64,000 bases of DNA. It comes from an uncultured Alphaproteobacteria bacterium. Its GTDB lineage: Bacteria; Pseudomonadota; Alphaproteobacteria; Caulobacterales; Aquidulcibacteraceae. How positions within the stretch are numbered: the stretch's first letter is position 1; each line of letters begins with the position of its first letter. The notes beneath the pieces are model-generated. The model ran no database searches. It was not told the DNA's origin and was given only the letters and a program-made list of their open reading frames with translations. The stretch is taken from contig CAVTAT010000002.1 in the NCBI GenBank assembly GCA_963732745.1, positions 192,772 through 256,771 of the forward strand. The letters are read 5' to 3'. The translations under genes were made by a program, and so were the position numbers. Shown here piece by piece: positions 51,262-60,250 of this stretch.

Positions 51262-53094
51262 TTACTCCGCGGCAATCGCCTCAATCGGCGCGGACGACCG
51301 AAGCCGAAGCGGCTCGGGCAGCCAGGCGCTGCCTTTGAACATCCGCTTCGCGCGCGCGATGAGTTCCGCTTTCGGCGCCTTGTCGAGCTTCGAGCGGTCG
51401 AGCGTGGGCTTTTCTTCCTTGATCGCATCGATGAGAACGTCCTTGCGCACGTGCTCGAAGTAGCTTTCCGGCGTGGCGGTCCAATATTTGCTCATGTCGA
51501 GGCCTGCGGCTTGGCTGAGGAGTTCGCCGATGTGCTCGCCGCGGCCGGCGCGTAGTTCGATTGCGGGCGCGATCAGAACCGCGAGCAGATCGAGCAACGT
51601 GGTAGTCTCCGCCGCTGCGATGAACGACCATAGCGCGACAGTGTCCGATGGCAGACGCTCTCGCCACGCATTGAGCAACTCGGCGTAGGTGCCCGGCGCC
51701 TTGCTCTCCATTCGGGTGGTGTGCCTTGAAACATCTGCCTCATCGACGCGGACGCGGATCAGCGACAACGGGCCAAGCTCGCTCATGGCGTTGGCGGCCA
51801 ATGCGAAGACCGTGAACCGCAGCGCCAGGTCTGGTTGCGATGCGATCTCGGCGCGCAAGGCCAAGGTCTTGTGGGCCATGAGTTCGTCGATCAGCTTGGC
51901 TGACAGGCGGGGCTTCGGCATGGCGGTTGCGGCGTTGTCGCCGTGTCCGTTCGCATTTCCATCGGGCTTGGCGAGCTTGCGGCGTAGCGATCTGAGCGCC
52001 TTGACATCCTCGGCTCTGACCAGGCCGCGTTCGATCCTGGGCTCGCCATCATGGTTCAAGCAAACAATCGCGCCGGCGAGCGCGACTTCTTCCGGCGCCC
52101 AGTGCGAGAGCGCGAAGGCGTCGAGCGCGGTTTCGATCTGCGCAATCTCGGCCTCGTCTTCGGTTTCGTCCAGCTTGGCCAGCAAAAGATCCTGCTCGGC
52201 GCGTTCTGCTTCGCTGAGTTCGCGGCGATGTTCGCGGACGCGCTCGGGAATTTGCGCCCAGGCCACGCCGTCGATTGCCGTCTCCACCCAAGCCCAGCCT
52301 TCGTCGTGGGTGGCAGTGGCGATGGGCTGAAGCTTGGCGGCGGCAAGCCGCACCAGGAGGTCGCGATCGCTGAGATAGCGGGTGTCATCGCCATTGGCTT
52401 CGGCGAACAGGTCGGAGACGATTGTTCCGCCTGCGGTTTCATAGGCGTCGATGCCAACGAAACGCGCGAGTTTGTCGGTCTCCTGCACGTGGGCTTGCGC
52501 GAGCTGGGCTTTCAAACGCTCCGGCGTGCGCGCCCAGTCCGGCGCCTCGAAGAAGGCCTTCTCCTGGGCGGCGTGATCGTCGCTGAAGGCGAGCGCCGCG
52601 AGTTGGTCGAGGGTGGCCTCCTCGCGCTTCAGCGCTTCGATCAAACGTGGGCTGACGCGAGCAAGCTTGAGCCTGCGGGCGACATGGGCAGGCGAAACCC
52701 CAAAGCGGGCGGCGATGGCTTCCGGCCCTTCGCCGCATTCGATGAGCCGTTTGTAGGCGTCCAATTCTTCCCAAGCCAGGAGGCTCTCGCGCGCGATATT
52801 TTCGGCCAGCGAAATCTCGACGGAATTGTCGCCGGCAATCACCCGGCATGGGATGGGCGCATTCTTCTCGATATCGCCGGTCTTGGCCAGCATCCGCAGC
52901 GCGCGCAAGCGGCGTCCCCCGGCGACGACCGCGAATTTGCGGTTGCCGTTCTCGCGCACCACGATCGAGTGGATCAGCCCCAAAGCCTTGATACTCTGGG
53001 CAAGCGAGCTGATTGCATCCTTGCGATTGACGCGGCGAACATTGTCCTCGCTCTCGACCAGCTTGGTGAGCGGGATCATGACGATGTCTTCCAT
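51262..53094 (-). CDS. ParB/RepB/Spo0J family protein (long ICE/plasmid type)
   Basis: IPLTKLV..NVRR, VVAGGRRLRAL, ISLAENIAR and C-terminal WLPEPLR; start approximate. Confidence 0.9.
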   Translation of the reverse strand: MEDIVMIPLTKLVESEDNVRRVNRKDAISSLAQSIKALGLIHSIVVRENGNRKFAVVAGGRRLRALRMLAKTGDIEKNAPIPCRVIAGDNSVEISLAENIARESLLAWEELDAYKRLIECGEGPEAIAARFGVSPAHVARRLKLARVSPRLIEALKREEATLDQLAALAFSDDHAAQEKAFFEAPDWARTPERLKAQLAQAHVQETDKLARFVGIDAYETAGGTIVSDLFAEANGDDTRYLSDRDLLVRLAAAKLQPIATATHDEGWAWVETAIDGVAWAQIPERVREHRRELSEAERAEQDLLLAKLDETEDEAEIAQIETALDAFALSHWAPEEVALAGAIVCLNHDGEPRIERGLVRAEDVKALRSLRRKLAKPDGNANGHGDNAATAMPKPRLSAKLIDELMAHKTLALRAEIASQPDLALRFTVFALAANAMSELGPLSLIRVRVDEADVSRHTTRMESKAPGTYAELLNAWRERLPSDTVALWSFIAAAETTTLLDLLAVLIAPAIELRAGRGEHIGELLSQAAGLDMSKYWTATPESYFEHVRKDVLIDAIKEEKPTLDRSKLDKAPKAELIARAKRMFKGSAWLPEPLRLRSSAPIEAIAAE

Positions 53095-53126
53095 GATGAT
53101 GTACTCCATCGCCCGCACGCGACCAT

Positions 53127-53235
53127 CGCGCCGGGCGTGGCTCGCCCGGCACGGTCGCCGGCGAGGTCAAGGGTTGCGAAGCGCCCTTGACCTCATGAGC
53201 CGGCGTGCCGTGCGATGAATGATGCGCCCGGCGCG
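53127..53235. promoter_or_regulatory. Long nested hairpin upstream of parB; candidate ssDNA promoter or single-strand initiation signal
   Basis: CGCGCCGGGCG / CGGCACG / GCCGGC / GAGGTCAAGGG-loop-CCCTTGACCTC / GCCGGC / CGTGCCG / CGCCCGGCGCG. Confidence 0.6.
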
Positions 53236-53485
53236 GGGGGTGGGGAGGTCAGCTGGGGATTTTGCGCAGCGCTACCGTCCCCCATGCCAATGCGTCGGTA
53301 GCGTCGGTCGCGGCGCCATCGCCAATGAGTTCGAGCGATGCGACGATCTCGCTTGCTGGGGTGGCGCCGAAATAACGCCCATCGAGGGAGGCGTGCGCTC
53401 ACATCGTCGATGATGCCCCAAGATGAAGTTTGCTATCCAGTTCAGATGAGGACACGCACCACTCTTGAGTTCCCGTCCATTTGTT

Positions 53486-54649
53486 TCACGCTTCCTGGAA
53501 CAGGCGCACATAGGGTGCGTATTGGAAAAGGCGGTTGCGCGACTGGCCGGTGATTTCGGTGAGAATGCCGAGCCCCACCATGCGATCGACCAGCGCGTTG
53601 GCGGCTGGATACGTGGCGCCGATCAAATCGCGAACCTGGTTGACCGAGACAATCGGTTTTGCGTAAAGGTGTTCCAGAACGCGGTGGCCATTGCCGGCGG
53701 CGCGACCGAGGCCGTCGGCGATTTGTGAGCGGTGCGTTTCGCGCAAGCCCAGAATGCGCCGCGCGGTTTCCGCCGCCTCGATGCTGACCTCGCGCACGCC
53801 GTCCAGAAAGAACGCGATCCACGCCTCCCAATCGCCTCTATCCCTCGTCGCTTGCAAGAGATCGTAGTAGCGCTGCCTGTGCTTCTTGAAATAGTGCGAG
53901 AGGTAGAGAACCGGTTTGGTCAGTACGCCGTTCTCGCACAACAGGAACGTGATCAAAAGCCGGCCGGTGCGGCCATTGCCGTCCAGAAACGGATGTATGG
54001 TCTCGAACTGCGCATGCGCCAGGCCGATGCGAAAGAGCAGAGGTAAATCGCTTCGATCGTGCAAGAAGCGTTCGAGTTGGCCCAGCGCTTCAGGCACCTC
54101 TTGCGCGGGCGGCGGCACGAAGGTCGCATCGTTCAAGGTGCAGCCGGAAGGGCCGATCCAGTTCTGGGTAGTACGTAATTCGCCCGGCGTCAGATGCGCG
54201 CCGCGCACGCCGCGCAAAAGCCGCGCGTGGATTTCACGGATGAGGCGCACCGACACCGGCAGCTCGGCGAGCCGCGCGAGCCCGTAATTCATGGCCGCGA
54301 CATAGTTCACCACTTCCGCGACGTCCCGCGGCCGATCCGGCGAGAGGATGCTGGCTTCGGCGGCCAGCAGGTCCTGCAGGGAAGATTGCGTCCCTTCGAT
54401 TTGGCTCGAGAGCACCGCCTCCTTGCGGACGTACATATAGACGAACAGGTCCGGGTTCGGCAGGATTTGGATCGACCCGTCCAGCCGGCCGAGCGCGAGG
54501 TCGGCCTCCGAGAGAAGACGCTGGAGCGGCCCACTCTGGGCGATCGGCGGTTCGGGCGGCAAGGGTGCGGGCATGAAGGCGCGATAGCCGCTGGGTTGGC
54601 GAATATAGCGACCGCTGCGGCCACTGCTATCTTCAGCCTTTAACACCAC
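53486..54649 (-). CDS. Fic family protein
   Basis: HPFLDGNGRTGR catalytic motif; SSQIEGT inhibitory-type motif; C-terminal HTH-like region. Confidence 0.93.
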   Translation of the reverse strand: MVLKAEDSSGRSGRYIRQPSGYRAFMPAPLPPEPPIAQSGPLQRLLSEADLALGRLDGSIQILPNPDLFVYMYVRKEAVLSSQIEGTQSSLQDLLAAEASILSPDRPRDVAEVVNYVAAMNYGLARLAELPVSVRLIREIHARLLRGVRGAHLTPGELRTTQNWIGPSGCTLNDATFVPPPAQEVPEALGQLERFLHDRSDLPLLFRIGLAHAQFETIHPFLDGNGRTGRLLITFLLCENGVLTKPVLYLSHYFKKHRQRYYDLLQATRDRGDWEAWIAFFLDGVREVSIEAAETARRILGLRETHRSQIADGLGRAAGNGHRVLEHLYAKPIVSVNQVRDLIGATYPAANALVDRMVGLGILTEITGQSRNRLFQYAPYVRLFQEA

Positions 54650-54703
54650 CAGTCCCTATGCCTCATGCGAAAGGCAGCCTTTAACATGAACGAGTGAGTC
54701 GCG

Positions 54704-55234
54704 CTATATTAAAGGCGTCGCGGCGCCGGCCCCGAGATCACGGGGCCATTGATCCACCGGAGCGACAATTTCTCTGGCCGCTGTCACCCCGAAATACCGC
54801 CCGTCGAAGGACCCTTCCGCTTCGCCAAGTAGAAAGGCCTCGCCGGCCGAAAGAATTCGGCACCCTTCCCATGCCGGAAGCAGAACGCCGGAGGTCGTGG
54901 CGTTCCGCGCTCGCGCGACGGGCGCGCCATTGACGACAACGTCCACGCCATTGCGGCACACTTGATCGCCCGCGGCGGCGGCGACGCGTTTCACGAGGAG
55001 ACGGCCTTGCTCCAGCGCTCCGAATTGCGCGAGCATATCCGCGACATCAGGTGATGGCCGAACCGCGACCCAATCGCCGCGCTTCCATGGCCGATCCTGT
55101 ACATAATAGAGTCCAACCGGCGCGCTAGCGGTGAAGTTCCAAATGATCATCGGCCGCGCCGCTCCAAACGACGCGAGCGCCAGTGCGATGCCGGCAAGGG
55201 CGAGTGCGCCGATCAACCAGATACGCCGGCTCAT
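54704..55234 (-). CDS. traF: S26 conjugative signal peptidase TraF
   Basis: WNFTASAPVGLY, LVKRVAA, LPAWEGC and SFDGRYFG. Confidence 0.88.
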   Translation of the reverse strand: MSRRIWLIGALALAGIALALASFGAARPMIIWNFTASAPVGLYYVQDRPWKRGDWVAVRPSPDVADMLAQFGALEQGRLLVKRVAAAAGDQVCRNGVDVVVNGAPVARARNATTSGVLLPAWEGCRILSAGEAFLLGEAEGSFDGRYFGVTAAREIVAPVDQWPRDLGAGAATPLI

Positions 55235-55998
55235 CGGATTTGCCTTGTTTGGATGGCGAGCGCGACGGCGTGTTCGCGGCTTTTGGCTGAGAGGCGGTGC
55301 TTGGCCTGTTCGATATGGCGGCGTGCGGTCGAGCGGCTGATGGCGAGCGCAAGGGCGATGTCGCTGTCGGCCGCGCCGCGCGCCTTCAGCGCCAGGCAAT
55401 CGCGTTCGCGGGGTGTGAGCCTCATGGTTTCGCCCTGGCCGGCGGTGCGCGCCAGCAGCATAGCGCGGCCATGAATGACGGTGGCGATCCTTCGCGCCAG
55501 AGCAATCACGCCAGGGGCGATGTCGCCGGTCTCGGAGACAAACGAGCACGAAGCGGGCAAATAGGGATCATGGCAGAGCGGAATAGTATGGCCGTGGGCC
55601 AGACGATGCAGCCGCGCTTCGTTGAGAATGCGCCTTTGACGCTCGCTAAGGCCAGCGAGAAACAGGGGATCATCCCAGGAGAAGACTTCCCTGGTGGATT
55701 CGGCGTAACGCGAAATCGGATCGAGGCGGTGGTAGCGTTTGGCGCTAAAGCGCTCGACCCAGGCGCTGGGATAATTGTGCCAGAGGAAGGCGCCCGATGG
55801 CGGCGCTTGTGGATCGAAATGGGCGCCGCAGGCCGCGTAACGGAATCCGAGCATATCGACGGCCTCGAACAGCAAGCTTGCAAGCGCACGCAGCGACAGC
55901 GCTGCTTCGCTGCGCTCATGAAACGAATAGACGATGTCTCGCGCCTTGCCCTTGAACGCCACCGAAGACCCCCAGCACGATTTATATTTTTCGCGCAC
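55231..55998 (-). CDS. LuxR-family regulator with autoinducer-binding domain
   Basis: NYPSAW...LDP...FSW...G and C-terminal LTPRERDCL..KARG...IA..L HTH; start uncertain. Confidence 0.88.
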   Translation of the reverse strand: MREKYKSCWGSSVAFKGKARDIVYSFHERSEAALSLRALASLLFEAVDMLGFRYAACGAHFDPQAPPSGAFLWHNYPSAWVERFSAKRYHRLDPISRYAESTREVFSWDDPLFLAGLSERQRRILNEARLHRLAHGHTIPLCHDPYLPASCSFVSETGDIAPGVIALARRIATVIHGRAMLLARTAGQGETMRLTPRERDCLALKARGAADSDIALALAISRSTARRHIEQAKHRLSAKSREHAVALAIQTRQIR

Positions 55999-56203
55999 GG
56001 CTAAAGCGCGGCGGTTAACAAATTCCTGCGGCCAGGCGCATGGTTAAGAATTGGGCCAGGCGTCCAATTCCTGTCGGCGAATTCGCGGGGCTGGCCCACA
56101 GCGCCCGGCGGCGAGCGCCGCGGGTGCGAGTGCTCGCGCAATCGCGAATTTTGGTTCGATCATCGCGATGAAACGCATTGAAACGCGTGCGGGGGAAGCG
56201 AGG

Positions 56204-58204
56204 ATGGGCGCTGGGCGCATCTATTGGGGGCAAGTGCTGGCGGTGCTGAGCGTGCTCATGCTCGGCGCGGCATTCGCCACGCAATGGACAGCCGCTCAGC
56301 TTGGATATCAGCCCGCTCTCGGCGCGCCCGACGCTGTTTTGTTCGGCACGCCGATCTATGCGCCCTGGCGCTTCTTCATCTGGTGGTTCCAATACGATTC
56401 CTATGCGCGCCCGATCTTCGAGGCCGGCGGGGCGATCATGCTCGCCGGCAGCGTGCTCTCGGTCTTGACCGCGTTCGGCTTCTCGCTGTGGCGTTCGCGC
56501 GACGAGAAGCGCTCGAAGACTTATGGCACGGCGCGTTGGGCGGAACGGCGCGACATCGAACGCCTGAAGCTCACCCAAGGCGACGGCGTCATTCTTGGCT
56601 CGTGGCGAGGACATTTGCTCCGTCATGACGGCGACGAGCACGTCCTCGTCATCGCCCCGACAAATACCGGCAAGAGCGTCGGCGTCTCGCTGCCGACCGG
56701 GCTTGTCTGGCGCCATTCCTATATCGCGCTCGACCTCAAGGGGGAGAATTGGGCGATCACATCGGGGGTGAGAAGCGCGTTCGGCCCGATCTATCGGTTC
56801 GCGCCCACCAGCAAGGACACGCACCGCTATAATCCGCTAACCCAAATCCGGCGCGGCGAAGCCGAAGTCCGCGATGCGCAAGTGCTCGCCGACATGCTGG
56901 TCGATCCCGAAGGCGGTTTGCGCGAGCGCTCGCACTGGCAATTGCGCGCCTTCGAGCTTTTGGTCGCGGCGATACTCTGGACGCTCTACGCGGAAGAGAA
57001 AAAGACGCTCGCCCGCATCGCCGAATTACTGGCCGATCCCAAGCGCCCGGTCCTCTCCCTGCTCGAAGACATGCTGACGCGGCCGATTCTGAACGGCGCG
57101 GTCCATCCCGTCGTTGCCGCCGGCGCGCGCCAGCTTCTCGATATGGCGGAAGCCGAGCGCTCCGGCGTCGTCTCCACCGCGCTCGGCTTTCTCGCGCTCT
57201 ACCGCGACCCGGTGCTGGCGCACGCCACGGAAGTCTCGGATTTCGACATCGAGGATCTGATTTCCTGGGCGAGCGTCCGGTCTCGCTCTATTTCATCGTG
57301 CCGCCGGAAGAGATTTCTCGGCTGAAGGCGCTGCTGCGCCTCATCCTCAACCAGGTGCTGAAACGGCTGACCGAGATCGCCGGCCAGCAAGAATGGCGCC
57401 GGACGGCGCGTGCTGCTGATGCTGGACGAGTTTCCCCAGCTCGGCCGGCTCGACTTCTTCGAGCACGCGCTGGCTTACATTCGCGGCTATCGGATCAAGG
57501 CCTGCCTGGTCGCGCAATCGCTCAATCAGATTGCGCAGGCTTACGGCGAGCACAATTCTATTCTGGATAACGCCCATGTGCGCGTCGCCTTCGCCTGCAA
57601 TGACGAACGCACGGCCAAACGCATTTCCGACATGCTTGGCGTGACCACCGAAACGCGCGCGCAGATGAATTACGCCGGCTCGCGCATGGCGCCTTGGCTT
57701 GGGCACACCATGGTGTCGCGCCAGGAAGTGCCGCGGCCGCTGCTGACGCCCGGCGAAGTGATGCAATTGCCGGAAAGCGATGCACTCGTCTTTGTCGGCG
57801 GCTCTCCGCCGATACGCGCCAAGAAAGTCCGTTACTTCGCCGATCCGCTTTTCCAGGAGCGCGTCAAACCGGCGTTCGCCTTCACGCCTCCATCGGGAGG
57901 TGGGCGGCCAAGCGCTTGGGACGGTCTCATCTCCTCGCCCAGTTCCGCGCCGATTCGGAAGAAAACGCCGACGGCAGCGCAGGCGGCGAAGAGCGATCCG
58001 AAGCAACACGGTTTCGATTTCAGCCAGAAGCCCGGCATGACGCCAGAACTTGCGCCGGAGGCCGCGCCGGACGCCGTAATTGAGCGCGCGGCCGGGGCCA
58101 ATGATGCAAGTGACGATCTCGACGTCGGCCTGGTCAGCGCCGGCGACCTCGCGCGCAGGCAATTCGGGATCGATCCCGATCATCCTGATCTGGCGGGGAG
58201 CTGA
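56204..58204 (+). CDS. traG: Type IV coupling protein TraG/VirD4, frameshifted
   Basis: ATQWTAAQLGYQPALG, YGTARWA, APTNTGKSVG, DLKGENW, LMLDEFP and RPLLTPGEVMQLP. Confidence 0.92.
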
Positions 58205-58207
58205 TCC

Positions 58208-58682
58208 ATGGTCCGCGCCAAGATCACCGCTTATGTGCCGCCAGATTTGGCCGACGCCTTAAAGCGCGTCGCGGCAATCAAGGATCGCAGCGTCTCCGAC
58301 ATCATCGAGGACGCCATCGCCAAGACGCTGATGGGCGCCAGCCGCGACGCCGAACATGCGGCGCTGATGGCCAAACTCAACGCTATGCAGCGCCGGCTCG
58401 GAATGATCGAGCGCAGCCAAGAGACTTTGTTTGAGTTCACCGCGCATGCGGCGCGCTTCTCCATGAGCGTCGCGCCGGACATGCCCGAAGCCGACCGCGC
58501 CAACGCCAATGCGCGCGGGGCCGAACGCTTTCGTGGGATCATCGCCGCCATCGTGGCGCGTCTCGGCGCAGGCAAGAGCGTGTGGAAGGATCATTTCCCG
58601 GCGATGGCGCCCGCCGAAGGCAATGGCGCCCACTGCGAATGGCGCGCAGGTCAGAAACGGATCTACGGAGGCGGCGCCATGA
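58208..58682 (+). CDS. CopG/RHH family protein of the trb operon
   Basis: KITAYVPPDLADALKRVAA...SVSDIIEDAI and GAERF; canonical position between traG and trbB; runs in-frame into trbB in this sequence. Confidence 0.75.
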
Positions 58683-59668
58683 GTGACGCCGTTTCCGCTT
58701 TGCCGAGCCACGATCCGTCGCGCGGCCTCGCCATGCTCGCAACCGCGCTTGGCCCGGCGGTGACCGCCGCGCTGCAAGCGCCGGACACGATCGAAATCAT
58801 CGCCAACCCGGACGGACGCATCTGGGTCGAGAGCCATGGGCGTGGCCGGATCGCAACCGGCCTCACCCTGGCGGCGTCGCACGTCGAGCGGGTCATTCGC
58901 CTGGTGGCGACATTGACGGGCGCCGAGGCGCATCAAACACGCCCGATCGTCTCCGCCGAGCTGCCCCCTCACGGGGAGCGGTTCGAGGGCATTCTGCCGC
59001 CGGTGTCGCGCGCGCCGTGCTTCGCCATCCGCAAGCCGGCGCAGATGTTGTTCCGGCTCCAGGACTATGTCGCGGCCGGCATCATGAGCGAAGCGCAGAG
59101 CGATGCATTGCGCGGCGCCGTTCGCGCCAAAGCCAACATCTTGATCGCCGGCGGCACCGGATCGGGCAAGACCACGCTCGCCAACGCGCTGCTTGCCGAG
59201 ATCGCCGCGCTCGACGAACGCGTGGTCATTCTCGAAGACACGCGCGAGCTGGCCTGCGCCGCCGAAGATGTGGTTGCGCTGCGCACCAAGCCGGGCGTGG
59301 CGTCGCTGTCGGACCTGGTGCGCTCCACGTTGCGGCTTCGGCCCGACCGCATCATCGTCGGCGAAGTCCGCGGCCCCGAAGCGCTCGATCTGCTGAAAGC
59401 CTGGAACACCGGCCATCCCGGCGGCATCGCCACCATCCACGCCAATTCAGCGCCGGCCGCGCTGGCGCGGCTCGAACAGCTCTGCATGGAAGTCTGCGAG
59501 CGGCCGCCGACGACGCTGATCGAGGAAGCAATCGATCTCATCGTCTTCATTGCGCGCGGCGGTCCCGCCGGCCGCGTCGTTTCAGAAATCCTCGCGCCGA
59601 AACAGCGGCGCGAATCCCCAAAGCGTGCGGGGGAGCACGCATCCCACCCAGAACGGAGCCAAACATGA
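58679..59668 (+). CDS. trbB: P-type conjugative ATPase TrbB
   Basis: GERFEGILPPV, GGTGSGKTT, LRLRPDRIIVGEVRG and WNTGHPGG. Confidence 0.93.
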   Translation: MSDAVSALPSHDPSRGLAMLATALGPAVTAALQAPDTIEIIANPDGRIWVESHGRGRIATGLTLAASHVERVIRLVATLTGAEAHQTRPIVSAELPPHGERFEGILPPVSRAPCFAIRKPAQMLFRLQDYVAAGIMSEAQSDALRGAVRAKANILIAGGTGSGKTTLANALLAEIAALDERVVILEDTRELACAAEDVVALRTKPGVASLSDLVRSTLRLRPDRIIVGEVRGPEALDLLKAWNTGHPGGIATIHANSAPAALARLEQLCMEVCERPPTTLIEEAIDLIVFIARGGPAGRVVSEILAPKQRRESPKRAGEHASHPERSQT

Positions 59669-59980
59669 GTTTCTTGAAATCGATCCCGCTCGCCTTGCTG
59701 GCGGCGGCCATGACCAGCCCGGCTTTTGCCGCCACCACTGGCGGCGGCGCGATGCCATGGGAAGGCCCGCTCAACGCGGTGATGGATTCCATCACCGGCC
59801 CGACGGCGCGGATCATCGCCATTCTGATCATCGTCGCGACCGGGCTTGACACTCGCGTTCGGCGATGTCGGGCAAGGCTTCAAGAAGCTGCTGCAAATCC
59901 TGTTCGGCCTCGCCATCGCGTTCGCGGCGGCGACCTTCTTCCTGCCGCTCGTGGGCGGCGGCGGCGCGTTGGTTCCCTAA
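59665..59980 (+). CDS. trbC: TrbC/VirB2 pilin, frameshifted
   Basis: GGGAMPWEGPL..SITGP..IIVATG; second frame LAFGD..GFKKLLQILFGLAIAFAA. Confidence 0.85.
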
Positions 59981-59983
59981 GCC

Positions 59984-60250
59984 ATGCGCGATCCCCGCGA
60001 CATTCCCGGTTATCTGGCGCCGGTGCGCCAGGCGCTGACGCAGCCCATCCTGATGGGCGGCGCGCCGCGATCCTACGCGATCCTCAACGGCACGCTCGCC
60101 GCAGTGATTGCTTTCGCCGGTGCGCCGATCTGGGGCGTGGCGCTGGGGATCATCGGCCAAGCCGCGGGCGTGTTCCTCGCGCGGCGCGACGCCGACGCGG
60201 TCGAGGTTTTGCAGCGCGCCATGAAAATCAAGGGACGGCTCGAATGCTGA
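59984..60250 (+). CDS. trbD: TrbD/VirB3
   Basis: PVRQALTQPILMGGAPRSYAILNGTLAA. Confidence 0.9.
   Translation: MRDPRDIPGYLAPVRQALTQPILMGGAPRSYAILNGTLAAVIAFAGAPIWGVALGIIGQAAGVFLARRDADAVEVLQRAMKIKGRLEC

Noticed and set aside
58208-59668. Apparent CopG-TrbB fusion (486-aa ORF)
   Set aside because: trbB has its own GGAGG RBS and an ATGA overlap at 58679-58682, so one indel upstream would restore the normal two-gene layout.
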